Shown in pieces: positions 40,440 to 52,009 of a stretch of DNA of 64,000 nt. Source of the stretch: Octopus bimaculoides (Eukaryota); assembly GCF_001194135.2 (NCBI RefSeq), contig NC_068981.1, forward strand, positions 51,282,656 through 51,346,655. The letters are read 5' to 3'. Position numbers and translations under genes: made by a program. Numbering within the stretch: the stretch's first letter is position 1; each line of letters starts with the position of its first letter. The notes under the pieces were generated by a model. It saw nothing but the letters and a program-made list of their open reading frames with translations, was not told the DNA's origin and made no database searches.

Positions 40440-41150
40440 AGAAAGAGTCCAAACTTTCTACCCCATGAGATTTCCGAGTAGTTATAGCATGATAGTTCTG
40501 TTTGACTCTGTTCACAAATTTTTCCATACACCAATATCTTTAGATGGGTGACCTTAATGTGTCGCCTTCTACACTTTAGAAATCCATCTTGAAGGCGCAG
40601 GACACAATGGAAATTTGGACGCGCTTTCCTGTGCCCAAACTCTGAATGTTTTCGCATAGAAAAAGTCATAAAATTCTAGACGAGGAAACCTCCACTGACT
40701 TTCAGGAAGAATTCACTCGGATAGATTCATGTAATTGCTTGAACAATATTTTTTCCGAGCCTAAGAGAACGTAAACCCCGCGGTTATCTCTACATCCCTA
40801 TCAGTATCCCTTCCGCTGGTAAACGGTGATTATGTGTGCAACCTTGAACTGTTGGAGATGACTAATATATTTTTAAGAATTTGAGTATGCTATGGCGTAG
40901 TTTCTTTTGTTGCAAGGCATTCAAGTCTCTAAGTTGACCGGGAGATTACTGTATATTCCCTCAACGGAAAACAGATTCATAACACTTCTCTTTTTTAGAT
41001 CCATTCGATCTCAATATTTCAACTTTTAGAAACTTGACCCAGAAAACAATACATATATAGCAGTTGCATGGAAAGAAAAGTGCCATTATTTAACCATCAG
41101 AATTCAAGCTAAGAAATCCATTGATATGCTACATCTGTTCACGTCGTTGT
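40440..41150 (-). mobile_element. RTE-like LINE RT fragment
   Basis: Minus strand HIITVYQRKG..CRDNRGVYVL..GKI followed by ILPESQWRF match IITIYKxKG..CxNxRGISLL and ILPESQCGF. Confidence 0.55.
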
Positions 41151-41787
41151 CTCTTCATCGTCATAGTGTTTGAGGCTTTTGTTTTTGAGGTGTAAATAAA
41201 ATGTTGGTGGTATTTACTGATAGTGTTTTACTGACCTACCTTTACATGGTTTTGTTTATAGTGGCATTGCTTGTGCAGCACAATGCACACTCTTTCCATC
41301 AAAAAAGCATTTACCTGTACTGGTGCAGAGTGGGCCACGTGTCAAATGCTAAATCGATCGGAATTTCAGATCAAAATGGCCTTCCCCTAGGCTAGTTGCA
41401 CAAAAGCTACAGAACCCAGTCTGCCTCATGAGTAAGAACTTATGACGATAACCATTGTCACTTGAACGTAGCGGGGAACCTACAAATATTTCTAAGATCA
41501 GTCATATGATTATCCTCTGCCAATAAAACCCTATTCAAAGCATATACTTATTTGAGCCATGAACTCCCAATAAAAATAGGGCAAACTTCAAAGACTATTC
41601 AGAAACAGAACAGCTGCGACATAAGCCACGCCTTTCTATTTCAAATCTTTGAAAATCAGTGTAAATTGTGAGATCGGTTAATTATTTAAATACAATGATA
41701 AAAATATATTAACTATTCTCAGTCCAACTTCAACTTCTGCTTTTTCCTAGATTTCTACCCGAATAAAGTAATGTATATATATATACA

Positions 41788-41872
<85 letters not shown>

Positions 41873-42866
41873 GTATGTGTGTGTTTGTGCATATATATGT
41901 ATATGTATATACATATAAATTTATATATATATGTGTGTGTATCAGTAAACTTTCACTAAATCGCTTATTGGGGGCCTATGTATTGAAAGATTAGATTTCG
42001 TTAGATTAGATTGGGGTAGGATTATAATAACAATAGAAACTCTAACTGCATCAACCCACATGCCTATCAGCTCATTTTGGTAAATCTACAAACGGCAGAA
42101 TTGCACCAAAACAAAGTAAATACGAATGAAAATCAAAGGAAATAGGAATACAGACAAAATATCTATTGAAGTCAGTGTGTATTTACTTACAGCAGAAAAT
42201 CAGTAAAGTTTTGTATTGTACAAGTATTATATCTCAATCTAGTAGTAATAACAGATTGAAGATTATCGGATTTGAGATGGCCAATGAATAGCAGTATTTA
42301 GAGAATTCAACGAGTGGCATATTTTATTTGTAACATCATAGAAGACTCGAGTTCATGTGAGGAAATGATCAATAGGTTTCTTTTGAATGAATAGAAAGGT
42401 TTTATAAGCAAGAAGAGAAAAAATTGGATGAGGACATTCATGCGATTTCCAAAGGGAATGACAATGTATGTGAAGTGAATTAGCTTCAAAAGAAGCGCAA
42501 TACGATTCACGCAGTTAACTCCTCTGGAAGTTAATACTTACTCTACGTCGCTTTCTATTATACGAATAAACTGAAAGTTAAAATCGGGTTGAGATGTTGG
42601 AAAAGGCGACAACTAATTTAACAATTACCCCATCCATTCAGCAGTATTCATGCACATATACATTATAACGTGTGTCCAGCGTAACAATTCCACCTGTCTA
42701 AAGGACGGCGAATACTCGAAGCAGTGAAAATTTGAGTCGTAATATAAGAAGCTTTAGTTTTTAATAAAACATACAAACTGCCCTTTATGAACTTAGAACT
42801 TGACCCGTTGTTAAATTCAAACAGTTTATTTCTGGTACTGCAACCCCCCCTCTCTCTCTCTCTACT

Positions 42867-42924
<58 letters not shown>

Positions 42925-43239
42925 AATATTTCAAAGGTTAAGAGGTACACATAAGAAGATATATATTGAAAAAAAATAAGGAACAGAAGAAAATGTTGAA
43001 GGGCTTTGCCTCAGAAAACGGAACGCGCATACCCCTTCATACTGGAATGAAATGAAATAGAAATTGAAAAATATTAAAATTTCATGATACACAGTTCTAC
43101 ATATACAGGATACAAAAAGAAAACTTCCAGTTTTACCATTATTGTTCAACATTTCAACAACAAATGCGCGTTGTATAGAGATATAGGCAATGATTGCACG
43201 ATGATGAATTAGCTATAGGAGCACATACATAGCTATATA

Positions 43240-44290
43240 CAGCCTTGGCCAAAAGTATTAGAGCCCCCCCCCCACACACACACACAGACACACACACACT
43301 GTTTTTGGGTTCTGCTATCTCAATGTTAATGAAACTAGTGCACATGGTAGATTATGGTATACTTCACAATATTCATTATTTTTAATATTTAGTTGACCCT
43401 CTTTTAGCATCAATTACCGCTTTTATACGGTTAAGCATTGAATCAACTAGTTTCTTGCAGGTGCTAGGCGCAATTTTACTCCATTCTTCTCTCAACTGTT
43501 GGTACAAATGCTCTTTATTTTTCATTGTTGTGTTCCTGAGAGCTTCGTCAGGAGTTCACCATAAGTATTAGATCGGATTTAGATCGGGACATTGAGCTGA
43601 CCAGTCCATGGGAACAATAATTTGTGTCTCAGGACATTGACGAGTATTCGTTTCTGTATGACATGGAGCGTTGTCCTGTTGAAAGATACTCCTGGATGCA
43701 ATTTAGCAAATGATGGCTCTGAAACATCCGATGACAAAGAAACATAGGTAGCTGAATTTATCCTTCCCTGATATAAAAACATTTCTCTGGGTCCTGTGGT
43801 AGACATGCAGGCCCAGACCATGATAGAACCATCCCCATGTTTCAAGCTTTGTACCAGGCATTCAGCCTTAAATGCTTCCCCAACTCTGTGACGGACGAAA
43901 GTTGCAACAGATGTACCGAAAACCTGAGTAAAAACATGAAAAATATTAGTTTTATGTTGGATACATTTTTTTTTAATATTTTGCGCCAAAAACTAGTTAC
44001 ATTAAGTTTATATGTTGATTGAATGCATGTACTATCTTAACTCATAGTTACTTTGATCAGACCATATGACTTTCGACCATTGCTCACTGGTCCACTTTGA
44101 GTGGTTTTTGGCCCTCCGAAGACATTTTTCCATATTCGATTCAGAAACCCATGGCTTCTTCCTGGCTTTACAGTTTTTCAGATCGTACTCTACAAGCTTT
44201 CTTCTAATAGCTCTGGTTGATATTTGTGTAGTACTTGCCTCGTTGAAGTCCGCACAGAGCTCCGACGATGTTTTTCTACGGATGATGGTT
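43240..44290 (-). mobile_element. Tc1-family DNA transposon (DD34E), defective, 5' end missing
   Basis: Minus strand KARKKPW...WSKVIWSDQS, LKHGDGSIMVWACM, FQQDNAPCHT-(34)-PDLNPI* (E codon GAA>TAA), AVIDAKRGSTKY; TA|CAGCCTTGGCCAAAAGTATT terminus at 43238-43259. Confidence 0.9.
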
Positions 44291-44472
44291 CTGATATATA
44301 TATGTATATATACATATATAAAGTAGTTTATGCTGTCAACTTAATGTGACAGCCCCATGAATGGAATAATACTACTGCTTTTTAGCCCTATGAAGCTGCA
44401 CCGCTTTCTGTCGACCTTGACACATTTCTTGTGTCCTTATATTTACACTGCAACCAGCTGAGCCTGCATCCA

Positions 44473-44509
44473 GAGACATGTTTCTGAGTCTTTGCTCGTC
44501 ATCAGTCAC
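44473..44509 (-). ncRNA. candidate minimal type I hammerhead ribozyme (Penelope-type)
   Basis: Minus strand GTGA-CTGATGA-C-GAG-CAAAGA-CTC-A-GAAAC-AT-GTC-TC: intact core, 3-bp stem II, palindromic ACATGT stem III, GUC triplet; stem I only 2 bp. Confidence 0.5.
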
Positions 44510-44566
44510 ACACACACACAAACACACACAAACACACACACACATACACACATAGACACACACATG

Positions 44567-44605
<39 letters not shown>

Positions 44606-44606
44606 A

Positions 44607-45840
44607 CAGGGACAAAATAATGAAAACACCTAGCATCATAGCATCATGATTTTGAAATATCAATAAAACCGTCAAAAGCTTGTTCATTTTTATGTTTTTT
44701 GATTTATTATTAGTGCTGCGTAATATGTTTTGCTAAAATTGCTGTTTCTTTTCAGATATCATCAGAAAAAGGCAATTGTAATTCATTAAAATGACAGATT
44801 TATCGGACTTTCAAAGAGGTCAAATAGTTGGTGCATGTATGGCAGGCACTAGCGTAAAGAAAACAGCCGAAATGTTTGGTGCATGAAGACGCACTGTCTC
44901 GAAAGTAATAACAGCCTTTGAGAAAGAGGGAAAAACCTTCTCATCGAAACAAAACTCCGGAAGAAAACCAAAACTTTCAAATAGGGACGATCGGACACTT
45001 ACGCGACTTGTTAGAAAGGATCACTAAAGTACAACTCCTATAATTACTGCATAGCTTAATGACCACCTCCAGAACCCACTTACCACAAAAACTGTACGCC
45101 GGGAGCTGCAGGAAGCCAGATTTTACGGAAGGGTGGCAATCAGAAAACCACTACTTTCAGAAACAAACGTTGAGAAGCGGTTAGAGTGGAGTAAAAACCT
45201 ACAGATTTCATCCCTAGAGCAGTGGAAGAATGTTATTTTTTCGGATGAGTCATCCTTTACCTTATTTCCGACGACTGGCCGAATATACGTGTGGAGACAG
45301 CGAAGAGAAGCATTTGACCCAAACTGCCTTCTTCCAACTGTTAAACGTAGAGGAGGATCAGTGGAAATCCGCTGGCCCTTCATGGCAGAATTAATAGTCA
45401 AGACTATTTCAGCATTTTATCTGATCAAATTCATCCTTTGGTTGTAGAACTGTTTCCGTAGGGAAACGATATCTTTCAGGATGATAATAACGCACCAATT
45501 CACACGGCTAAAGTTGTTACTGAATGGCACGAGGAACATTCCAGTGAAGTTGAATATTCTATCTGGCCACCACAGTCCGCAGATCTCGATATTGTTCAAC
45601 ATATATGGTGCATTTTAGAAAAACAAGTAAGGATTCGATATCCTCCACCATCATCACTGCAAGATCTGGAGACTGTTTTAGCTGACGAATGAACAAAAAC
45701 TACTTTGGAAAAAATTCAAACTTTGTACGAGTCCATACCTCATAGGATTCAAGTTGTAATTACTACAAAAGGTGGTCCTACAACATATTAAAATAAATTT
45801 GTTTGGAATTTTAAGGTGTTTCAATTATTTTGTCCAAACT
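44607..45840 (+). mobile_element. full-length Tc1-family transposon with TIRs and pseudogenised transposase (ATG 44791 to TAA 45789-45791), DD36E-like spacing
   Basis: TIRs GGACAAAATAATGAAAACACCT (to 44631) and AGGTGTTTCAATTATTTTGTCC (45814-45835); MTDLSDFQRGQIVG..GRKPKLS..RKPLL..IFSDESSF..QDDNNAPIH..WPPQSADL..KGGPTTY; stops and frameshifts. Confidence 0.93.
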
Positions 45841-45849
45841 CAGCTTAAC

Positions 45850-48480
45850 GCCCGTATAACATGTAATAATGTAATAATTAGAAATGCTATCAGCCTTTAC
45901 TGTACATATATCAATTATATTTTTTCTGAGGCATTACTATTCAAATGGAGATACTTTGCTCCTTTAGATACAATTGTGCTTATTGATATCAATCAGATGC
46001 TTGCTACTGGAAGAAATATGACTTACTCATTGTATATTACGTATTACCTTTTGTGTATTATTAGTTTCATTATAGGTGAAATTGAGTATGCTGTCATTAT
46101 TCGATTCAATTAATTCATATGAGTTTGGTTTGGGACTAGTTACCTCCATAACAATATCTTCCACAGGCTTTCTATAGTTATCACTCCTATTGTTAGCCAA
46201 ACAATTATTTATTATTTCGCTAGAGTCATGCATATTATATTACACCATATCCGTATAGTTATTATTACCACCAGTCGTATCATTACTAATAATATTAATT
46301 TTATTGTTTGTGTTTACTAGGTTCCTATTAGTGAATTCACTAACCCTCCTAAAATTGTGTGCTGCAATATGTAATTTGCGCTAGGTTCCGACTTGTGAAA
46401 GGGAAAACTTAATCATGTGCCGATTTAAATTCTGTCTGTACTTACTAGATTATCAAAAGTGCCTATCTAAAAAATATCGCAGGTATGTTTGTGGCTGTTT
46501 GTAATCCGAAAACTGCATTATACCATAATATGTGTAGATTTAGCTTTTCTTATGTAGGTGGGGGCAGTTTTTGTCAACAGCCCCATTTTTATTATACGTT
46601 TTCGTAAAAGAACTATTATTACGTTTATTATGAAGTTCACTTACAATTATAACGTTATCTATTATGTGACTATTGTTATTCTGATTTTTGAATAGTAACT
46701 GGAAATCACATTTTCCTTGCTTTACGTTCACCTTTTCTTTTGATTCACAGCATAAATCTTATTCATAAGTTGTTTGATTTTAATTTTAGAGATATAAAAT
46801 AATTTAGCACTATACACAGCTTCAGCTAGGACTTTATTGTCGTACATACATACATATACCCAGACCTATTACCCATTTTCTTTAGGAGCGGGTAGCCACA
46901 ATCAGGCATCCCATTCATTTACCAGCTCAAAGAGGTGAGTCCCGTCTTATGCTCAGGTCAAGGCATAGAACGGAAGCCCCTATATCAGCAGCAGGGCCCG
47001 ACAGCATATGATGGTTTACCGCTGCCGCATCATGCTGGTTCTGTACTCCTTTGAGAAACATCAAATTCATTCATCCGTCCACAATCGTCTTCAAGCATTC
47101 CTATCATTTATAAATTCCCTTGTCTCTCTCACTCCAACACCTCTAACCATCAAAGCTTTCCTCACTCCATCCATCCACACTAACTGACTTCTGATTATGG
47201 TTCCCCTGCCTACCACTTCTGACTTCATCACTCTCCTTACCACCCGCTACTCATCCATCATCTCCATGTGGCCAAACCACCTCAACATTCGTCTATCCAT
47301 TATTATCGTACGTTTTATTATTCTTGAATATCACTTTATTAGCAAATATTCTAGGTATTAGAAGGGAAATATCTTTAACGATAGAACTACTAATATTTTT
47401 AGGATAACTTAAGCTTTTGCATACGTATTTAAAGTTATCGCTGTGTTTCCGGTATGCTTGGTAAGTTTCCGTACTCAAAACCAAATTAATATCGAGAAAA
47501 TGCACATTTTCAGTGGATATAGTCGGACATAGATCCTTAAATAATCCTAACAGTTTTTTTCCAAGATCTCTTTGTGTGTATATTATTAGATTTTTATACA
47601 GTAAAGAGAGGGTCATCCCTATATAATTTTCCCTACCACAATTCCAAATGTTCATTATTCACGCGTTTTAAAACATAAATCCCCACTAAGTCCTCTACCT
47701 GAACGGAATAATTAGAACCCATGGTAATGTCAGGCAGACCAGGTCTACATTACCTTACACAGTATTTTCTTTCAAATTTAATTATAGAGTTTCTAGTAGT
47801 CAGTATAATAACTTTTTCGTGTTTAGATAAGCTTGCGTTTCTCAGTGCGAATAGTAACGTTTTATTAATTAAAACTGAATTAACCAATGTATAGTTATTA
47901 GATATGTCTAACTGTATGAATTTAGTGTGTTTTTTATCTTTGATATCAGTAAACTAAACTATAACTTCATACGAACTACACTATAAGTTAAGTTTAATTA
48001 AATTTCTAAGTTTGGGTATATGTCTGTCTATAATAAATTTACCAAATCTGTCTATATCCGATTTGGAGGCGCATGTAAGTTTAACCAAGAGATAAGCAGT
48101 AAAGTTAGGCTAGTAGTCTGCCAGGTCAATTCAGGAAGTTTTAGAGAGGTAAAGGTCTGTTCAACCTTCTAAATACAATCTCTCCACGATTCTCTTTGTT
48201 TATAAAATCATATTTAATAGGTTATTTTCGGAAGTATTTTAAATTTTTTTCAGAATTTCTTTTCTAGTTAGAGAGGAATATGGATTATAATCTAAGTGGT
48301 ATATATTGCAGGTTTTATACGCGTGTACTGGAATTCCAGATTAATTTATCACTTACCTATCAAAGTGATAAGTTCGCCATTGCATGCGGCTTATAAAAGA
48401 GTAAGTTTTGTCAACAAGATATTTTCTTTGTTCTTTTTGGGATGATAATGTAATGTCTTAAAGTTTTCTTCTATATATAC
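45850..48480 (-). mobile_element. Penelope-like element (RT plus degraded GIY-YIG region), interrupted by insertions
   Basis: Minus strand EVIV*FTDIKDKKHTKFIQLDI; VHFLDINLVLSTETYQAYRKHSDNFKYV..YPKNI; DRHF..SKYRQNLNRH.IK; NNCL: Penelope RT and linker motifs. Confidence 0.8.
46860..47295 (-). mobile_element. RTE LINE 3' end inserted in the Penelope-like element
   Basis: Minus strand RMLRWFGHMEMMDE*RVVRRVMKSEVVGRG..WMDGVRKAL..RG..DRNA*R, then a putative 3' UTR. Confidence 0.75.
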
Positions 48481-48565
48481 ATACGTGTGTGTGTGTGTTA
48501 AATAAAATGAGACAAGAAAGCCAAGGCAGTGTGAAATTTTTAGGACATTTATAAAGAGACAGGTA

Positions 48566-48612
48566 GTCTTACAGCTGTTTCAGAGATATGAAAGTATTCC
48601 ATCATCAGAGAC
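48566..48612 (-). ncRNA. minimal type I hammerhead ribozyme in the pLTR
   Basis: Minus strand GTCT-CTGATGA-T-GGAATA-CTTTCA-TATCTC-T-GAAAC-AGCT-GTA-AGAC: stem I GTCT/AGAC, intact core, palindromic ACAGCTGT stem III, GUA triplet. Confidence 0.7.
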
Positions 48613-49263
48613 GATATGAGAGAGATAAATAAAAGGAAATAGTAGAGTTCAATATAAGAAGTTATTTTGAAAAGGTAGAGATATAAGAGGTATAAAAGGA
48701 AATACAAGAATGAAAAAAATTTATAAAAATATATGTTGCTGTTCCATTATCCAAGAATATGATGTGTAGAATGGTATGTAAATTCCGATAGAAGCTCATA
48801 ATTTGTTATTACAAGTGGATAGTGTGCAAATATTCATTCCTTGTGCTGTTCATTCAAAGGGATCTTGTAGTGTAAATGAAATTTTGAGAATATACAGGTA
48901 GTGAAAAGTAGATAGAGAGAAAAGAATAGATAAGTATGCTAGAAGGAAGATAGGCATGCTAGAAGGAAGAAAAGTATGTTAGAAGGAGCATAATTATCTA
49001 TTCTCCTCTGTCTATCTACTTTCCCCTAACACTATATTCTCAAAATTCATTTGAATGAACCGCACATGGAATTAATATCTGCCTCTTTACCCATTCTAAA
49101 CAGCACATTCCTTGGATAATGGAACAGCAATTTTAACATTCAACATATATTTTTATATTTTTTAAAATTTATATTTCCCTTTATACCTCTTATATCTCTA
49201 CCTTTACAAAATAACTTCTTATATTGAACTCTACTGTTTCCTTTTATTTAACTCTCTCATATC

Positions 49264-49311
49264 GTCTCTGATAGTGGGATACCCCTCATATCCCTGAAAC
49301 AACTGCAAGAC
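49264..49311 (+). ncRNA. degenerate hammerhead ribozyme copy in the inverted arm
   Basis: GTCT-CTGATAG-T-GGGATA-CCCCTCA-TATCCC-T-GAAAC-AACT-GCA-AGAC: perfect 6-bp stem II but mutated core and triplet. Confidence 0.55.
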
Positions 49312-50799
49312 TACCTTTCTCTTTATAAATGTACTAGAAATTTCACACTGTCTTCGGCTTTGTTGTCTCATTTTATTTACACACTCACACACTACCCTCA
49401 TTAGACTCATCACTCATACTATTATCGAACCGGGAGTCTAACGGCGGGCCCTGGCTCTTGTTTCGCTGATTTCAGCTTCGTGGTTTTATGTAATATTTCC
49501 AATTTTTTTTCCTTATTTAAAATCATGTGCAGCTTAATGATTAAAAAAGCAAAAATATGCATGCATATCTCACCGATTTTACAATATTTATGTTTGTAGG
49601 TAATTGTTTTAAATGTAAATATAAAGGATGGTGAGAGTTTGATTTTGTACCATTTCTACTGATTCCGAACGATTAACTGCATGAGAGAAGCTTATTTGTT
49701 CGATTAAGTTATGATATATTTTTAAAAGTGCATAATACTTGTGGTCTGAATGTTTCATAATAATTTCAATAAAGAGTAAAGATATTGGTTTCTTATTACG
49801 CTAATATAAAATGGTACTTTTTGCATTAATCCCTAATTCTTTCCATGTTTCTTGATTTTTTCTTTTTTTTTTTTTTTTGCAGTCAGTGTGATCTTATTAA
49901 ATGCGACCCATGCTAAGATTTAATAACATTGCAATTATATAAGCTGTGATCTCGTAGTTGGGAACAAATTTCCGTCTTTTCATACTCCTCAGTCACGAAA
50001 TATCTATTACTAAAAAGTAGCTTTTTTTTTACCTACTTTTTTCTCTGTATTTCTTTTGTTAATCCTTTCTTTACTTCGTAGTGTTAGGGTATCCTATTTT
50101 ATTTTGCCTTTCAACATTTTAATACATATCTTTAATATTGAGATTCTTAGGGTTTCTCGTCCTATATACGTATCTACCACTGACATACATTTGAACATTT
50201 TCGAGTTAAAATTTGAATTAAAAATTAATTACCAAATCATCGGAGCTTGATACAACTTTAGAGACTCGTATATGAATTCGCATACATACTCGTATGTAAA
50301 TTTTTGCAGCTTCTCAGCACCCAATTAGTACGTTACAAATATTGAAAGCGACCCATAGCCACTTACATATAATCCAAATATAAAGTACCATTTGTTTCTG
50401 AATGCGTTCTAAAAGTTATGAGAAAAAAATCAGGTGATTCACTTTCTACTAGCTTTACAAATTTACAACTAATATATTATATCTCTGCAAGTAACGCTGA
50501 GATTTTTAGACTGCTTCAGAAAACACTTGAATGAATCTCGTAATACAACACATAGAATTATAATATCTGAAGGAAGTCTATCATCCAAATAATCTTTGTT
50601 AACTTTCAGAATTATCAATCATAATTCTGTTTAGGCAATAAGAAACACCTGATATCAGGTTAATTATCTTCACGTACCTACATGTATGTCTGCCTCTATC
50701 TGTTCATGCACAAACACGCCCACAGAGGCACCTGTACGTATTAATATTTATTTGTTTGTAGATATATATATATATATTATACACACACACACACACACA

Positions 50800-50854
<55 letters not shown>

Positions 50855-50912
50855 NNNNNNNNNNNNNNNNNNNNNNNNNNNNNNNNNNNNNNNNNNNNNN
50901 NNNNNNNNNNNN

Positions 50913-50958
<46 letters not shown>

Positions 50959-51129
50959 GAATAACTGTAATTATATATTATTATATAAATAACATGTAAT
51001 TACAATTATTAAAAAACCTATGTGTGTTGCTCTTCTCCGTATTTTATAGCCTTTGGGTTTGTTTACAAATTTATGATTAAATATGTGTGGGTGCTTGTGT
51101 GTGTGTGTGAGTGAGTGTATACGGTTGAG

Positions 51130-51990
51130 TGGACAGGCGAATGAAAGTGGTACTCGGCACATTTGTTATATACGTTGTGGGTGCCATTCTAAACATCTCC
51201 ATTTCAAGGACGACATTAGTAGAGGATAGGTTCGATATTCTCCTACGGACAGGTTTCAAGGATTTTAATCCCTACAGGGATTAAATATTGTGTTGGTATA
51301 CTTCAGTCTTTTACTTGGTTTTGCAATAGGACCTTTAAGAATTTTTGTCGAAATCAAATGCTACATCTAAGAAGTGAACCACAGTTGGTTTTGTTTCTAC
51401 GCTAACCTTTAGCCCTACGGAGTTAAGGGTCTGCATCAGTTAGTTCCTGAGCTTGTTCAGAGTCTGTTCAGCATGTTGTAAATCTAAAGATAACCGGTGT
51501 GTCGTTTGTATAGAGGCCAAGATGGGTTGAAAGGAATGATTTACCTAGGGTTTCTAGTATAAAATACGCATGTAGAATGAAGATATTGGAGCGCCCAAAA
51601 GCCTTTATAACCACAACAGGAAATAACTTATAAACATTAAAGGCCACAGGCTGGACATACTGAAAGATGTCATACAAGTCATACTGAAAAAACAAGTGTG
51701 AAATGAAAATTGTCAAACAAGGTGAATTTGGTTTACAGTTTCTCTGATTCTCTTCTAATAGATGCTTTCGCTTGTAATGGTATCTTTTCGGATCAGATGA
51801 ATTTATAATTTTTTCCGCGACCGGATCTGATTTTTGTTTAGTTAGAATACTGGTGAGGTTTTTTTTTCGTCGTTCTCCTTGACTGGTTACCTTGTGGATA
51901 CGGTCAAAAGTCCTTGCGGATAGGAAACTGGGTTGAAGTGTTTCCAGTGCATTTATAGAGTGGGAAGATTTGGTATTAGTGAATACAATG
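51130..51990 (-). mobile_element. second Penelope-like RT fragment
   Basis: Minus strand GLYTNDTPVIFRF (YxDD-like), TKFTLFDNFHF, and RRISNLSSTNVVLEMEMFRMAPTTY matching RISxLSSN..FxxAAPxY. Confidence 0.7.
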
Positions 51991-52009
51991 AAATGACCCT
52001 TTAAGAGAA

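Larger units (their letters stand above)
48486..49393. repeat. ~0.9-kb inverted repeat (direct plus inverted pseudo-LTR of the Penelope-like element)
   Basis: Left arm 48486-48933 is the reverse complement of right arm 48994-49393 (e.g. AGAGTTCAATATAAGAAGTTATTTTG / CAAAATAACTTCTTATATTGAACTCT). The 60-bp spacer holds three ~20-bp units (AAGTATGCTAGAAGGAAGAT). Confidence 0.95.
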
